From a virus (lineage: Duplodnaviria; Heunggongvirae; Uroviricota; Caudoviricetes), in the IMG/VR virus record IMGVR_UViG_2684622580_000010: a DNA stretch of 6,190 nt, one strand, 5' to 3'. A program made the translations under genes and the position numbers. Below the pieces are notes generated by a model. It did not search any database. It was not told the origin of the DNA and worked only from the letters and a program-made list of their open reading frames with translations. Positions 6,077 through 6,190 of the stretch are shown in pieces. Within the stretch, counting starts at the first letter, position 1. Every line of letters starts with the position of its first letter.

Positions 6077-6190
6077 TTAAAGCATAATGCTGACATTGAT
6101 ATTACTGACGTTTACTGACAAACCACTCGGACTACCGTTTGGATAGCCAAAGAGGGTCAGAACGAGAATGCAGTAATAGCATTTCTTCAT
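6077..6190 (-). CDS. Small hydrophobic protein (37 aa if the ATG at the window edge is the true start), unknown function
   Basis: Minus-strand ORF whose ATG is the last 3 nt of the window (6190-6188) and whose TAA is at 6079-6077: MKKCYYCILVLTLFGYPNGSPSGLSVNVSNINVSIML. The N-terminus is Lys-Lys followed by a hydrophobic stretch (signal-peptide or membrane-helix like). Upstream sequence is not visible, so it may instead be the C-terminus of a longer gene. Confidence 0.35.
   Translation of the reverse strand: MKKCYYCILVLTLFGYPNGSPSGLSVNVSNINVSIML

Noticed and set aside
1-6190. CRISPR arrays, tRNA or tmRNA genes, IS elements or terminal inverted repeats
   Set aside because: No regularly spaced direct repeats, no cloverleaf-compatible segments and no transposase-like ORFs were seen by reading the sequence.

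Overview
This window reads as the immunity and early replication region of a P2-family temperate phage, most likely the left end of an integrated prophage. Two leftward genes, a tyrosine integrase (1-981) and a short P2 C-type repressor (1051-1344), face a rightward operon across a 120-bp switch region (1345-1465) holding a consensus -35 and two identical 10-bp palindromes. The rightward operon is tightly translationally coupled: cox-like (1466-1753), a small basic ORF, a B-like 166-aa protein, four small accessory ORFs (one a TraR/DksA-type zinc finger, one distinctly AT-rich) and the rolling-circle initiator A. A is split by a frameshift between 4563 and 4612 into an N-terminal ORF (3499-4614) and a C-terminal ORF (4614-5774) carrying the HUH and tandem-tyrosine motifs. 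Downstream lie about 260 bp with no ORF, a strong bidirectional terminator (6035-6064) and a 37-codon hydrophobic minus-strand ORF ending exactly at the window edge. That edge is where P2-like phages carry their variable anti-phage cargo (tin/old position), so any novel system probably lies mostly beyond 6190. No tRNA, CRISPR array or IS element is visible. All homology statements are from reading the translations and from memory, not from searches.
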